Source: Candidatus Aenigmatarchaeota archaeon
GTDB lineage: Archaea > Aenigmatarchaeota > Aenigmatarchaeia > GW2011-AR5 > JACRAC01
Reading direction: 5' to 3'
Length of the DNA: 64,000 bases
Assembly (NCBI GenBank): GCA_016213555.1
Contig: JACRAC010000011.1
Location: 8,841-72,840 of the forward strand
The notes below the pieces were generated by a model. That model searched no databases and was not told the origin of the DNA. It worked only from the letters and a program-made list of their open reading frames with translations. The position numbers and the translations under genes are program-made. Below, piece after piece: positions 9,713-18,914 of this stretch. The stretch's first letter is position 1; the number at the start of each line of letters is the position of its first letter.

Positions 9713-10660
9713 ATGAAGTATACTCATGTAAGAAATATCTTTATAGTTCTTTCACTTGTTATATTGGTTGCTTTTATAGTATTGATAGATCCTGTAAAAA
9801 TAGCTGGCGTTATTGTTACAGCTAACTTGTATATACTACTATTGGCTTTAGTTCTTGCAACTGTATCTCATACGTTTCTAAAGGTTTTTAAGTGGAAAGT
9901 ACTTTTAGATAATGTACCCTATAAAGACCTTCTTCCTATACAAATGGTTGGAATGACTATTAGTAACTTCACGCCTGGAAGAATTGCAGAACCTGTTAAA
10001 AATATACTGCTTAAAATAAAAAAGAATATTCCTGTATCTGAATCCCTACAGTCTGTTATATTTGAGAGAATAATAGATATAGTTGTCTTAGTTCTTATAT
10101 CATTTATAGGTATACTAGTATTTTCTGTAGGCAGTATACAAATTCTCGCATATCTAAGCATTGGAGTATTTCTAACAATTGTTTTGCTTCTTGTGTTTAT
10201 GATTTACAAAAGATCTTTCGGTATAATTATTTTTAACTTTTTTAGAAAGTTTCCAATTGCAAATCGTCTTTCAAAAGATTTTATTGAAACTTTCTATAAA
10301 AAAAGATTTTCTAAAAAGCCTTTGATAAAATGTTTTTTGATTTCTCTGATAGTTTGGTTGTTAGAAGGTGTGGTTTTTTACTTATGCATACTGTCTTTTG
10401 GTATCACCGTATCTCCTTTGATTGCAATTGGAATTGTATCTTTGGCTATATTGATAGGTAACATAAGTTTTCTACCTGGAGGTATTGGCTCTAGTGAAAT
10501 TGTGATGATATTACTTCTAACTTTAGTAGGAGTTCCTTCTGTTACTGCTGCTGCATCCACTATTTTATTTAGAATACTTACTTTTTGGTATATGGCTTTT
10601 CTTGGATTAGGGTTTTTTGTAAAAGATTTTTCTGGAGAAAAGATAGATTTATTTAAATGA
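9713..10660 (+). CDS. Flippase-like integral membrane protein (UPF0104 / lysylphosphatidylglycerol-synthase TM-region family)
   Basis: 315 aa, ~8 TM helices, family commonly adjacent to GT2 dolichyl-phosphate glycosyltransferases. Confidence 0.45.
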   Translation: MKYTHVRNIFIVLSLVILVAFIVLIDPVKIAGVIVTANLYILLLALVLATVSHTFLKVFKWKVLLDNVPYKDLLPIQMVGMTISNFTPGRIAEPVKNILLKIKKNIPVSESLQSVIFERIIDIVVLVLISFIGILVFSVGSIQILAYLSIGVFLTIVLLLVFMIYKRSFGIIIFNFFRKFPIANRLSKDFIETFYKKRFSKKPLIKCFLISLIVWLLEGVVFYLCILSFGITVSPLIAIGIVSLAILIGNISFLPGGIGSSEIVMILLLTLVGVPSVTAAASTILFRILTFWYMAFLGLGFFVKDFSGEKIDLFK

Positions 10661-10691
10661 TTTCTATTATAGCTTTGAATATAAACTTTAT

Positions 10692-13265
10692 TTGACATTA
10701 AAATTTATGCTAATACAACTTTTAGATGTAGACTATTTTCTAAATGGAAATAAACCTGTTTTAAGAATCTTTGGGAAAACAGAAAATAATAAAACTATAT
10801 GCTGTCTTTATGATAAATTTCTTCCGTATTTTTTTGTCAGAAAAACAGAAGAGAATCTTAGAAAAATCGAGGAACTTAATTTAAACTATGCGTTAGAGAA
10901 AAAATTCCTAGCTATCGGATATTCTGAAGAACCTACAAACGTTATAAAAATTGTTTTGAATGATCCTAAATCTGTTCCGAATCTTAGAGAGATGTTTAAC
11001 GAGAGTTTTGATTCTGACATACTATTCAAATATAGATTTATGGTTGATATGGATCTCAAAGGTATGTGTTGGTATGAGTTTGAAGGGTCTCCTATAAAAA
11101 CTCATCTGTCAAAAGTTCCTACATTTGATATGAAATCTATAAAACCTGTTGATAAAAATGGGAACGCTGAGCTAAAATTTATGTGCATTGATATAGAATG
11201 TCTTCAAACAGATTTTAGCAGACAAATTGATTCTAAGAAAGATTCTATAATAATGATTTCTTTATCTTTTTTTCCTAACTATAAGAATTATGAAAAACTA
11301 GTTCTTGTAGCAAAGCCATTTTCAGGGAAAAATTCTATAGGACATGTTGATGAAAAGGAGATGCTTGAAGCTTTTTTGAAAATTATAGAAGACTACGACC
11401 CTGACGTTGTTACTGGATATAACATTATGAGTTTTGATTTGCCTCATATACTAGACAGACTTAAAAAATATGATTTATCACCTGCAATAGGAAGATCTGA
11501 CAAGATTGTTTTTTCTAGGCCTGCTCAGATTACTGGAAAATCTGATAACAAGCTTCAAGTGCAAGACATAACAATACCTGGAAGGATTGTTTTTGATTCT
11601 TATCAAATATTGAAAAGAGACGTAAATATAAGACTTCATAGATATGATCTTGGTACTGTTGTAAGGGAGTTGATAGGTGAAAAAAAGGGTGACGTAAAAT
11701 TTCAAGAGATACCTAGTCTTTGGAAAGGTGACGTTCAGAAATTAATAGACTATGCAGAAAGAGATGCTGTTATATCTCTAAAACTTGTTCTTGAGAGAAG
11801 ACTTTTAGATAAATTTATTGAAATATCAAAAATCTCAGGCGTTTTGCTACAAGATAGTTTTGGTGGTCAAACCGTGAGAATTGAGACGCTTGTTATGCAC
11901 GAATTTAAAAGACGTAACATGATTATGCCTTTGAAACCTAGTAAACAAATGTTAGACAAAAGAGCTGAAGAAAAAATAAAAGGTGCTACTGTTCTAGATC
12001 CTAAAAAAGGTCTTCACAAAACATGTACACTAGTATTAGATTTTCAGAGTCTGTATCCGTCTATAATAAAAGTTTACAATGTATCTCCTGACTCTCTTGT
12101 ATTTGGAGAAACTAGTGTAAAATGTAATACCTCACCTACAGGAGCAAAGTTTGTATCTGGCGATATCTATAACGGTGTGTTTCCTACTATAATCAGGGAG
12201 TTGGTTGATACCAGACAAAGAGTTAAAAAACTTATGAAGTTGTCTGAAGGAGAGGATAAAAGAGTTTTGGATGCAAAACAACATGCAATAAAAATTCTTG
12301 CAAACTCTATGTATGGATATTGCGGTTATATAAGGGCTAGACTTTATACACATGAAATTGCAAACAGTATAACAGCTTACGGAAGATCTAATATAGAAAA
12401 GACAAAAAATGTTGTAGAGAAGAATTTTCCTGCGGAAGTTATATATGGTGATACTGATTCACTTTTTTTAAAAACTGATATAACTGATATGGAAGTTGCT
12501 AAAGATCTTGGAGAAAGTATATCTAAATTTGCTTCTCAAGGAGAACTTGTTTTTGAGTTTGAAAAAATATATAAGTCTTTTCTGATTCTTGCAAAAAAAA
12601 GATATGCTGGTTGGAAGTTTGTAAAATCTGATAAAGGATGGGAAGAGAAAATAGAGATGAGGGGTATTGAAACTGTCAGAAGGGATTGGTGCAAGCTTGT
12701 TACAGAGACTATGAATAGTGTTATAAATATCATGCTTAAGGAAGGAGATACAAAAAAAGCTACTGACTTAGTTAAGACTATTCTTCAAGACATTTTAGAT
12801 GGTAAGGCTCCTATTGAAAAACTGATTATCATAAAAGGTATAACAAAAAGTATAGATTCTTATGATGGAACAATGCCTCATATAGAACTTGCTAAGAAAA
12901 TGAGAAATAGGAATCCTAGAGATCCGCCAAAAGTAGGCGAGAGGATGGAATACATCATAACTAGAGGAAAAGATCTTATATCTAAGAGAGCTGAGCATCC
13001 TGAGTATGTTGCAAAATATAATATTCCTATAGACTCTGAATATTATATATATAACCAGCTATTACCTCCTATTGAAAGAATTTTATCATCAGTAGGAATA
13101 GAGAGAAGTGAATTGTTTGGTGGTGGCAAGCAGGCTAATCTGATGAGTATGTTTACTAATAAAGTTTCTCCTGTTACCATATGTAGCTCTTGTGGAAAAA
13201 TACATAGAAGACCTCCACTAAGTATGGTTTGTGACTGTGGTACTTCTGTAGCTTTAAGAACCTAA
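10692..13265 (+). CDS. polB: Family B DNA polymerase (no inteins), with C-terminal Cys4 cluster
   Basis: Exo I MCIDIECL, Exo II GYNIMSFDLPHI, motif KILANSMYGY, motif C IYGDTDSLFL; C-terminus CSSCGKIHRRPPLSMVCDCG. Confidence 0.95.
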   Translation: MTLKFMLIQLLDVDYFLNGNKPVLRIFGKTENNKTICCLYDKFLPYFFVRKTEENLRKIEELNLNYALEKKFLAIGYSEEPTNVIKIVLNDPKSVPNLREMFNESFDSDILFKYRFMVDMDLKGMCWYEFEGSPIKTHLSKVPTFDMKSIKPVDKNGNAELKFMCIDIECLQTDFSRQIDSKKDSIIMISLSFFPNYKNYEKLVLVAKPFSGKNSIGHVDEKEMLEAFLKIIEDYDPDVVTGYNIMSFDLPHILDRLKKYDLSPAIGRSDKIVFSRPAQITGKSDNKLQVQDITIPGRIVFDSYQILKRDVNIRLHRYDLGTVVRELIGEKKGDVKFQEIPSLWKGDVQKLIDYAERDAVISLKLVLERRLLDKFIEISKISGVLLQDSFGGQTVRIETLVMHEFKRRNMIMPLKPSKQMLDKRAEEKIKGATVLDPKKGLHKTCTLVLDFQSLYPSIIKVYNVSPDSLVFGETSVKCNTSPTGAKFVSGDIYNGVFPTIIRELVDTRQRVKKLMKLSEGEDKRVLDAKQHAIKILANSMYGYCGYIRARLYTHEIANSITAYGRSNIEKTKNVVEKNFPAEVIYGDTDSLFLKTDITDMEVAKDLGESISKFASQGELVFEFEKIYKSFLILAKKRYAGWKFVKSDKGWEEKIEMRGIETVRRDWCKLVTETMNSVINIMLKEGDTKKATDLVKTILQDILDGKAPIEKLIIIKGITKSIDSYDGTMPHIELAKKMRNRNPRDPPKVGERMEYIITRGKDLISKRAEHPEYVAKYNIPIDSEYYIYNQLLPPIERILSSVGIERSELFGGGKQANLMSMFTNKVSPVTICSSCGKIHRRPPLSMVCDCGTSVALRT

Positions 13266-13420
13266 CTACTGGATTATCGTAATCTTTATATATCGGATAA
13301 ATCCACTTGTTTTTAAGATATTATTAAAATGGTGACTGTTATTTCAAGAGTAACTAAGATGTTAGATGAAGAAGAGTCTGTAGAATTTACAGATCTTTCT
13401 GATGAAAATTTCTATATAGG

Positions 13421-14605
13421 TTAAAATCCTAAAAAGAAAATAATTGTTGGTAATATAAGAACTGCCATCAACAACCCTCTTTTAACATGCTTTTCTATTA
13501 CAACAATACCTAAGCATGTACATATAGATACTATGAAAAGTCCGTATAATCCTGTAAATAAGTATATTAGGACTATAAGAAAAACCAATATTATTTTATT
13601 CATTAGATTGTAATTTACTTCTGATATCTTGTTTAACATTTTCTTTGATAAATATAGAACTATAGCTGCAGACACTGCAATAGATATTACAGAAATAGAT
13701 ATTATTAATAGAATCTCGTTAAACCCTATTGTCATTAATTCTGATGTAGCAATTGCAACACCTGATCTTGCCTTATTTATCAAAAATATTGTAGCGAAAG
13801 ATAAAATTAAGTTAGCAGTTACTATAGATCCTAAAGTTATAAGATATGATTTGTTTTTCTCTATTGTTGCTATTCCTGCTATTTCACCTGATCCTATTCC
13901 TGGTAAAACCCCTGAGAAAATTCCTCCTATAGTTCCCATGAATACTGCTTTTATTTTTATTGAAAACGGTACTTCATCTTTATAATTAATTATCTGCATC
14001 GGTATTTTTGTGTCGTTTCTTATTTTTATCAACATTGATGGAAATGCAAAAAATCCTGCAAATATTGGAAATAGAATTAATGCACTATCAATAGGTAAAC
14101 TGAATGTCAGTATTCCTATTGCACCAGCTGCTATAAAACATAATATACTTGCAATTATGTTCTCTTCTTTGTAGAACATTATACCTAGCAGAAGAATAAG
14201 AATGTATGCTATAAAGGGTCTTATAAATTCGTATACTGATGGCAGTGCAATGATTATCAGCGGTAAAAAAGCTATTAAAAATAAAATAGATCCTATACAA
14301 CCTATAATTGAAAGTTTTATTGCCTCGTATCCTCTTCCTTCCATGAGAAGCATTTGGGCTGGATGTATTCCTACAGATGATTCTGAATCAGATGCTCCAA
14401 ATATTAAAGACGGTATAATGTCTGCAATAATATTTGATACAGCCATAGAAACTACAAATGTTAGTATTAAAATTGGTTCAGTAGTCAAAACTACCAATAA
14501 TGGGATAAACAATATTATTGTATTTGGATGTATTCCAGGAATAAACCCTACTAACAATCCTATTGATAGACCGAATAGAAGAAATATTAATATCTCCAAA
14601 AACAT
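13421..14605 (-). CDS. TctA-family (DUF112) membrane transporter subunit
   Basis: N-terminal GLLVGFIPGIHPNT and C-terminal GVLPGIGSGEIAGIATIE repeats typical of TctA/DUF112; ~12 TM. Confidence 0.5.
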   Translation of the reverse strand: MFLEILIFLLFGLSIGLLVGFIPGIHPNTIILFIPLLVVLTTEPILILTFVVSMAVSNIIADIIPSLIFGASDSESSVGIHPAQMLLMEGRGYEAIKLSIIGCIGSILFLIAFLPLIIIALPSVYEFIRPFIAYILILLLGIMFYKEENIIASILCFIAAGAIGILTFSLPIDSALILFPIFAGFFAFPSMLIKIRNDTKIPMQIINYKDEVPFSIKIKAVFMGTIGGIFSGVLPGIGSGEIAGIATIEKNKSYLITLGSIVTANLILSFATIFLINKARSGVAIATSELMTIGFNEILLIISISVISIAVSAAIVLYLSKKMLNKISEVNYNLMNKIILVFLIVLIYLFTGLYGLFIVSICTCLGIVVIEKHVKRGLLMAVLILPTIIFFLGF

Positions 14606-14642
14606 AATTAATTATTAATTTTATAGAATTTATGGTGATATT

Positions 14643-14852
14643 ATGTTCTTTGGTAGCAAGTATGATCCTGATAAAATTAAGGAGATGTTGGAGAAATTTG
14701 GAATAAAATCTGAAAAACTAAAAGTAACAGAAGTTACTATGAAGGTGGGTAAAAGGGTTTTAGTAATTAAAAATCCTGACGTTCTGTTAACACATGTAAT
14801 GGATAGAGATGTCTATCAAATTTCTGAAAGACCTAAAAAAGGTAAGAAATGA
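14643..14852 (+). CDS. NAC (nascent polypeptide-associated complex alpha) domain protein lacking the UBA domain
   Basis: IKEMLEKFGIKSEKLKVTEVTMKVGKRVLVIKNPDVLLTHVMDRDVYQISERP aligns with archaeal NAC domain; only 69 aa, ends in KKGKK. Confidence 0.65.
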   Translation: MFFGSKYDPDKIKEMLEKFGIKSEKLKVTEVTMKVGKRVLVIKNPDVLLTHVMDRDVYQISERPKKGKK

Positions 14853-15283
14853 TGGACCATGTAGCTATTATGAATAAAAAATGGAAGCTTATTGACAAAA
14901 TTCTTTCTGGAAAAAAGACTATTGAATCTAGATGGTATATTTCTAAAAGAGCTCCTTGGAACAGAATAAAGAGAGGGGATATTGTCTATTTCAAAGATTC
15001 TAGTTGTCCTGTTACAGCTATGGCATATGTTGAGGATGTTAAACAAGTTTCAGATTTAGATAGTGATAAAATAAAACTTATAGTTGGAGAGTACGGTGGA
15101 GAGGGAAAAATATGCTTAACCAATATTGAAAACTCTATAAAATGGGTTAGTGGAAAGCGTTATTGCGTGCTTATTTTTCTGAAAGATCCTAGAAAAGTAA
15201 AACCATTTAACATAGATAAGAAAGGGTTTGGAAATGCGTGTGCATGGATTTGTGTTAACGACGTAAGAACCTTGATTTCTTGA
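14849..15283 (+). CDS. ASCH-domain (PUA-like) protein
   Basis: WKLIDKILSGKKTIESRWY...IKRGDIVYF matches ASCH fold signature; ATGA overlap with preceding NAC gene. Confidence 0.55.
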   Translation: MMDHVAIMNKKWKLIDKILSGKKTIESRWYISKRAPWNRIKRGDIVYFKDSSCPVTAMAYVEDVKQVSDLDSDKIKLIVGEYGGEGKICLTNIENSIKWVSGKRYCVLIFLKDPRKVKPFNIDKKGFGNACAWICVNDVRTLIS

Positions 15284-16061
15284 CTTTGTATTCGTATGGC
15301 TTTTTCTTTGTTAACTTCAGATATACTGGGCCTATTATGAGGTATGCTAGAATTATTCCTAGCATCAAGTAAACTAGGCCTGTTAGCATCAGATACCAAG
15401 ATGAGTTTCCTATTGAGTATAGATAATACATTATTCCACAATATATGGAAGACACAAATGCTATTGAGAATATATATCGCATTCGTAAACGCATTTTTGG
15501 AAACTCTATATTAACCAACATCATGAATGAAATAAATATTATTAGCGGTAGTGCTATCAATGGTTGGAAAGAAATTACAGGTAAATTATACCCATTAAGA
15601 ACTTGCGCCTTGCCGAACAATAAAGATATTACTATAGAAAAAAACGCTGTTGCAGGAGTTGGTACACCTGAGAAATTCTTTAACAAATATCCTTTTCTTG
15701 AGAAACGGACTAAACGCATTAAACCGAATGTAAATATTAAAACAGATGATACTGTAACCAACAAACTGTATAAAGGTCCTAATTGAGGATTAAAAAAACT
15801 GTTATATATCAAAAGAGCTGGTGCAAAACAAAAAGAAACAGTGTCTGATATAGAATCTAAATAGCGGCCTTTTGTATGTTTTGATAGGTATCTTCTTGCT
15901 ATAAATCCATCTAATCTATCCATTAGAATTGATACAAATATCAGGAAAGATGCAAATAGAAAATTTCCATCAATTATATATGTAATTGCTATAAATCCTA
16001 TTATTCCATTTAGAAGAGTAAGTATATCAGCAGGCGAAATAAGTTTTATCCATTTTAGCAT
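15255..16061 (-). CDS. CDP-alcohol phosphatidyltransferase (probable archaetidylserine synthase)
   Basis: DRLDGFIARRYLSKHTKGRYLDSISD = D-G-x2-A-R-x8-G-x3-D-x3-D motif; polytopic; adjacent to PSD. Confidence 0.8.
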   Translation of the reverse strand: MLKWIKLISPADILTLLNGIIGFIAITYIIDGNFLFASFLIFVSILMDRLDGFIARRYLSKHTKGRYLDSISDTVSFCFAPALLIYNSFFNPQLGPLYSLLVTVSSVLIFTFGLMRLVRFSRKGYLLKNFSGVPTPATAFFSIVISLLFGKAQVLNGYNLPVISFQPLIALPLIIFISFMMLVNIEFPKMRLRMRYIFSIAFVSSIYCGIMYYLYSIGNSSWYLMLTGLVYLMLGIILAYLIIGPVYLKLTKKKPYEYKVKKSRFLRR

Positions 16062-16172
16062 TCTTTATAATCACCAAAATACTTTTGTTCAAAACGTAGA
16101 CTCAAAAATATTCAACAAGTTAAATACAATAGCATAATTAGACTATGTAGGTTTTTAAATCACATATAGAGA

Positions 16173-16796
16173 TTATTTTATAAAGGCTACAATAGACTCT
16201 CCTGCTGTTACGTTATCTCCTACCTTTGCTACTATCCTTATTTTATTTCTTGGAAGATATATATCACATCTGGAACCAAGTTTTATGATACCTATTCTCT
16301 GGCCTTTTTCCAAATACTGATTCTTATTTACATAGCTTTCTATTCTTCTGGCTACAAAGCCGGTTATTTGAACCACATTTACAGGACCTATCTTTGTACT
16401 TAGTTTTGTCAATAAGCGTTCATTATTTTCGGCATAATCTTTGTATGCAGGTTCTTTTGAACCTGAGAAACGTTTTGTTTCAAGAACCTTACCTTTTATT
16501 GGTGAACGGTTTACGTGAACATTTTGTGGTTTCATGAAAACTGCTATTCTTGAAAAGTTTCCTATAGAATCTACTTTTATCACAGTTCCATCAGCTGCAG
16601 AAACTATAGCTTTTGGGTTTTTTGGTATAATTCTTTGAGGATCTCTAAAAAATATCATGAAGAAACATGTTATAAGTGCAAGCAAAAATGACGTTATATA
16701 TAATAAAGGGTTTTTATTGTAAAATGTTATCACTGTCGATATCAATAATAATATAAATGGTGTTGTTATCCACTTGCTGCAACCACGTGCTATCAT
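16173..16796 (-). CDS. psd: Phosphatidylserine decarboxylase proenzyme (archaeal type)
   Basis: N-terminal TM, C-terminal IGIIKLGSRCDIYLP resembling the PSD self-cleavage LGST region; 207 aa. Confidence 0.7.
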   Translation of the reverse strand: MIARGCSKWITTPFILLLISTVITFYNKNPLLYITSFLLALITCFFMIFFRDPQRIIPKNPKAIVSAADGTVIKVDSIGNFSRIAVFMKPQNVHVNRSPIKGKVLETKRFSGSKEPAYKDYAENNERLLTKLSTKIGPVNVVQITGFVARRIESYVNKNQYLEKGQRIGIIKLGSRCDIYLPRNKIRIVAKVGDNVTAGESIVAFIK

Positions 16797-16855
16797 AATT
16801 CTATTTCTGATTAAGCGTTTTAAAAGGCTTTAACATAATTTAGATTAAGATAATT

Positions 16856-17749
16856 ATGGATTCAGAAGCTAGAGAAAAGTTTATACAAGCTGGAAAAATC
16901 GCAAGCGAGGTTAGGGAATTTAGTAAAGATTGGATAAAAGATGGGATGTTACTTGTTGAGATAGCTGAAAAGCTTGAGGGTCTTATAAGAGAAAAGGGTG
17001 GTCATCCAGGGTTTCCTGTAAATCTTTCTCTAAATTCTCAGGCAGCTCATTACACACCTTCTAGAAATGATAAATCTATTTTTAATTCTAAGGATGTGTT
17101 GAAAGTTGATTTAGGTGTTCATATAGATGGTTATGTTGCAGATACTGCATATACTCTTTCGTTTGATAATAGCCATAAAAAATTATTAGATGCTAGCAAA
17201 GAAGCTTTGAGAGCTGCTATAGAGCTTTGCAAACCTGGTCAAAAACTTTCTAACATCTCTGCTACAATAGAAGATACTATAAAACATTATGGCTACAAAC
17301 CTGTTGCTAATCTTTCTGGTCACGGTGTTGGTAGATATGTTCTTCATTCAGATCCTCAAATTCCTAATGTAAGATTTAGAAGCAATTACAAACTTGAAGA
17401 AGACGAAATTATAGCCATAGAGCCTTTTGCTACAGATGGCAATGGCGCTATAAAAGACGCTGAAGAGTGTTTAATATTTAGGTTTAAGGATTTGAGAACG
17501 ACAAGAAATCCAGAAGGGCGAAAAATAATAGACTTTGTTCAAAGTTATGGAGGGTTGCCTTTTGCTCAAAGATGGATTGAAACTGGTCTTAATATATCTG
17601 AGTTTAAAATAAGATTTGCAATAAGAGATCTTGTTATGAATGATATTATAAAACCTTACCCTGTTCTTATTGAAAAACCTGGGTCTTTTGTATCTCAACA
17701 TGAACATACTGTTATTGTAAAGGACGATCCTATTGTTACAACACTATAA
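16856..17749 (+). CDS. map: Methionine aminopeptidase, type 2 (archaeal)
   Basis: 297 aa, pita-bread fold motifs (DLGVHIDGYVAD, SGHGVGRY.LH, EPFAT), winged-helix insert characteristic of type 2. Confidence 0.88.
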   Translation: MDSEAREKFIQAGKIASEVREFSKDWIKDGMLLVEIAEKLEGLIREKGGHPGFPVNLSLNSQAAHYTPSRNDKSIFNSKDVLKVDLGVHIDGYVADTAYTLSFDNSHKKLLDASKEALRAAIELCKPGQKLSNISATIEDTIKHYGYKPVANLSGHGVGRYVLHSDPQIPNVRFRSNYKLEEDEIIAIEPFATDGNGAIKDAEECLIFRFKDLRTTRNPEGRKIIDFVQSYGGLPFAQRWIETGLNISEFKIRFAIRDLVMNDIIKPYPVLIEKPGSFVSQHEHTVIVKDDPIVTTL

Positions 17750-17824
17750 TAAGTCGTTACTCTTTGTGAAATAGAAGAAGTATTTATATTTTATTTAATA
17801 AATTAACATAATCTGGGGAAATTA

Positions 17825-18376
17825 ATGATAGCAATTATAAACAACGGAAGAGGAGCTGATAAGATAGCTGCTGTTTTAAGGGGTTCTAAAATATTTTCTA
17901 CAAAAGATAAGATACCACAAGCAGATGCTTATATTCTCTCAGATGGAGATATGGATGCTAAAGCTGAGAAAGCTAATATTGATTTGATACAGAAACTGGA
18001 AGTTCCGTTGCTGTCTATAGGAATAGGCTCGATATATTTAGCAAAAGCTTATGGAGGAAAATCTAAGGAACTAAAATTAAAAGTAAATAACTTAACTGTG
18101 AAACAAAAATCTCCTTTGTTATTAGATCTTAAGAAAATGTTTTCTGTTGTGGATAGCCAAAAATATTTTATATCAGAATGTCCTGAATGTTTTGGTTCTC
18201 TTGCTTCAGCTCCTGGTTATGATTATGCAATGATGCAATTTGGAGTAAATCCTGAAATAGATGAAGAACCTCTGCCAATATTCGGTCTTCATTTCAATCC
18301 AGAAGCTGGTCTAGATGGAATAAAAATCCTAAAAAACTTCCAAAGCTTTGTAGAAGTGTGGGCAAAGTATCATTAA
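17825..18376 (+). CDS. GMP-synthase GATase-subunit (GuaAA)-like protein with lost catalytic Cys/His (probable pseudoenzyme)
   Basis: Collinear with archaeal GuaAA (183 aa); catalytic region PLLSIGIGSIYLAKAYGG instead of P-I-L-G-I-C-L-G-H-Q...AYGG; FNPE instead of FHPE. Confidence 0.5.
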   Translation: MIAIINNGRGADKIAAVLRGSKIFSTKDKIPQADAYILSDGDMDAKAEKANIDLIQKLEVPLLSIGIGSIYLAKAYGGKSKELKLKVNNLTVKQKSPLLLDLKKMFSVVDSQKYFISECPECFGSLASAPGYDYAMMQFGVNPEIDEEPLPIFGLHFNPEAGLDGIKILKNFQSFVEVWAKYH

Positions 18377-18392
18377 ATTTAGAATAATAACT

Positions 18393-18875
18393 CTATCCTA
18401 TATAGTCTTGATGTTCTACTTCTATAACATCTAGGGTTGTTGGGTTTCCTTGGTATCCTTCTGGATATGTTATGTATGGTAAAAACTTATTCAAGTCTTG
18501 TGCTATTTGTATTGATGGATGTTCTTCTTCAAAAACTGCTGAACATATTTGGTAAGCTAATTGTCTAACAGATTGCTCATCTAGATAACCTAAACTGTGT
18601 AGGTATTCATGTAGCAAAACTGTAAACAAGTATGGTTTTATTAATTGATTGTTAGTTTCTGTCAATCTTCTTATAGGAGTTTTATTTAGAATTATTATAT
18701 TTGATTCTACTGGATAAAATGCTTCTGTTACATCTGTCTGAGTGTTTCCTAATTCCATAAATCCTATGTCCAATCCTGCTCTACTTTCATGTAATGTAGA
18801 CGATACTGCTTCCTTTACTAGATCGAACACTTGTTTGATGTTTTTTGTTTTTTCTAATCTTTTTGAAAATTTCAT
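18393..18875 (-). CDS. Small putative zinc metallopeptidase (HExxH)
   Basis: TVLLHEYLHSLGYLDE contains HExxH...G..D; 160 aa, no other recognisable domain. Confidence 0.3.
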   Translation of the reverse strand: MKFSKRLEKTKNIKQVFDLVKEAVSSTLHESRAGLDIGFMELGNTQTDVTEAFYPVESNIIILNKTPIRRLTETNNQLIKPYLFTVLLHEYLHSLGYLDEQSVRQLAYQICSAVFEEEHPSIQIAQDLNKFLPYITYPEGYQGNPTTLDVIEVEHQDYIG

Positions 18876-18914
18876 AATTAATTACCTATTTTTTATAGTA
18901 TCTTTCGCACTTAT

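Noticed and set aside
13330-13423. 31-aa acidic ORF (MVTVISRVTKMLDEEESVEFTDLSDENFYIG) between polB and the TctA-like gene
   Set aside because: Too short to support without conservation evidence. Sits in a convergent terminator region.
15445-15786. 113-aa ORF on the plus strand
   Set aside because: Lies entirely antisense within the well-supported CDP-alcohol phosphatidyltransferase gene. It has low-complexity composition and is likely spurious.
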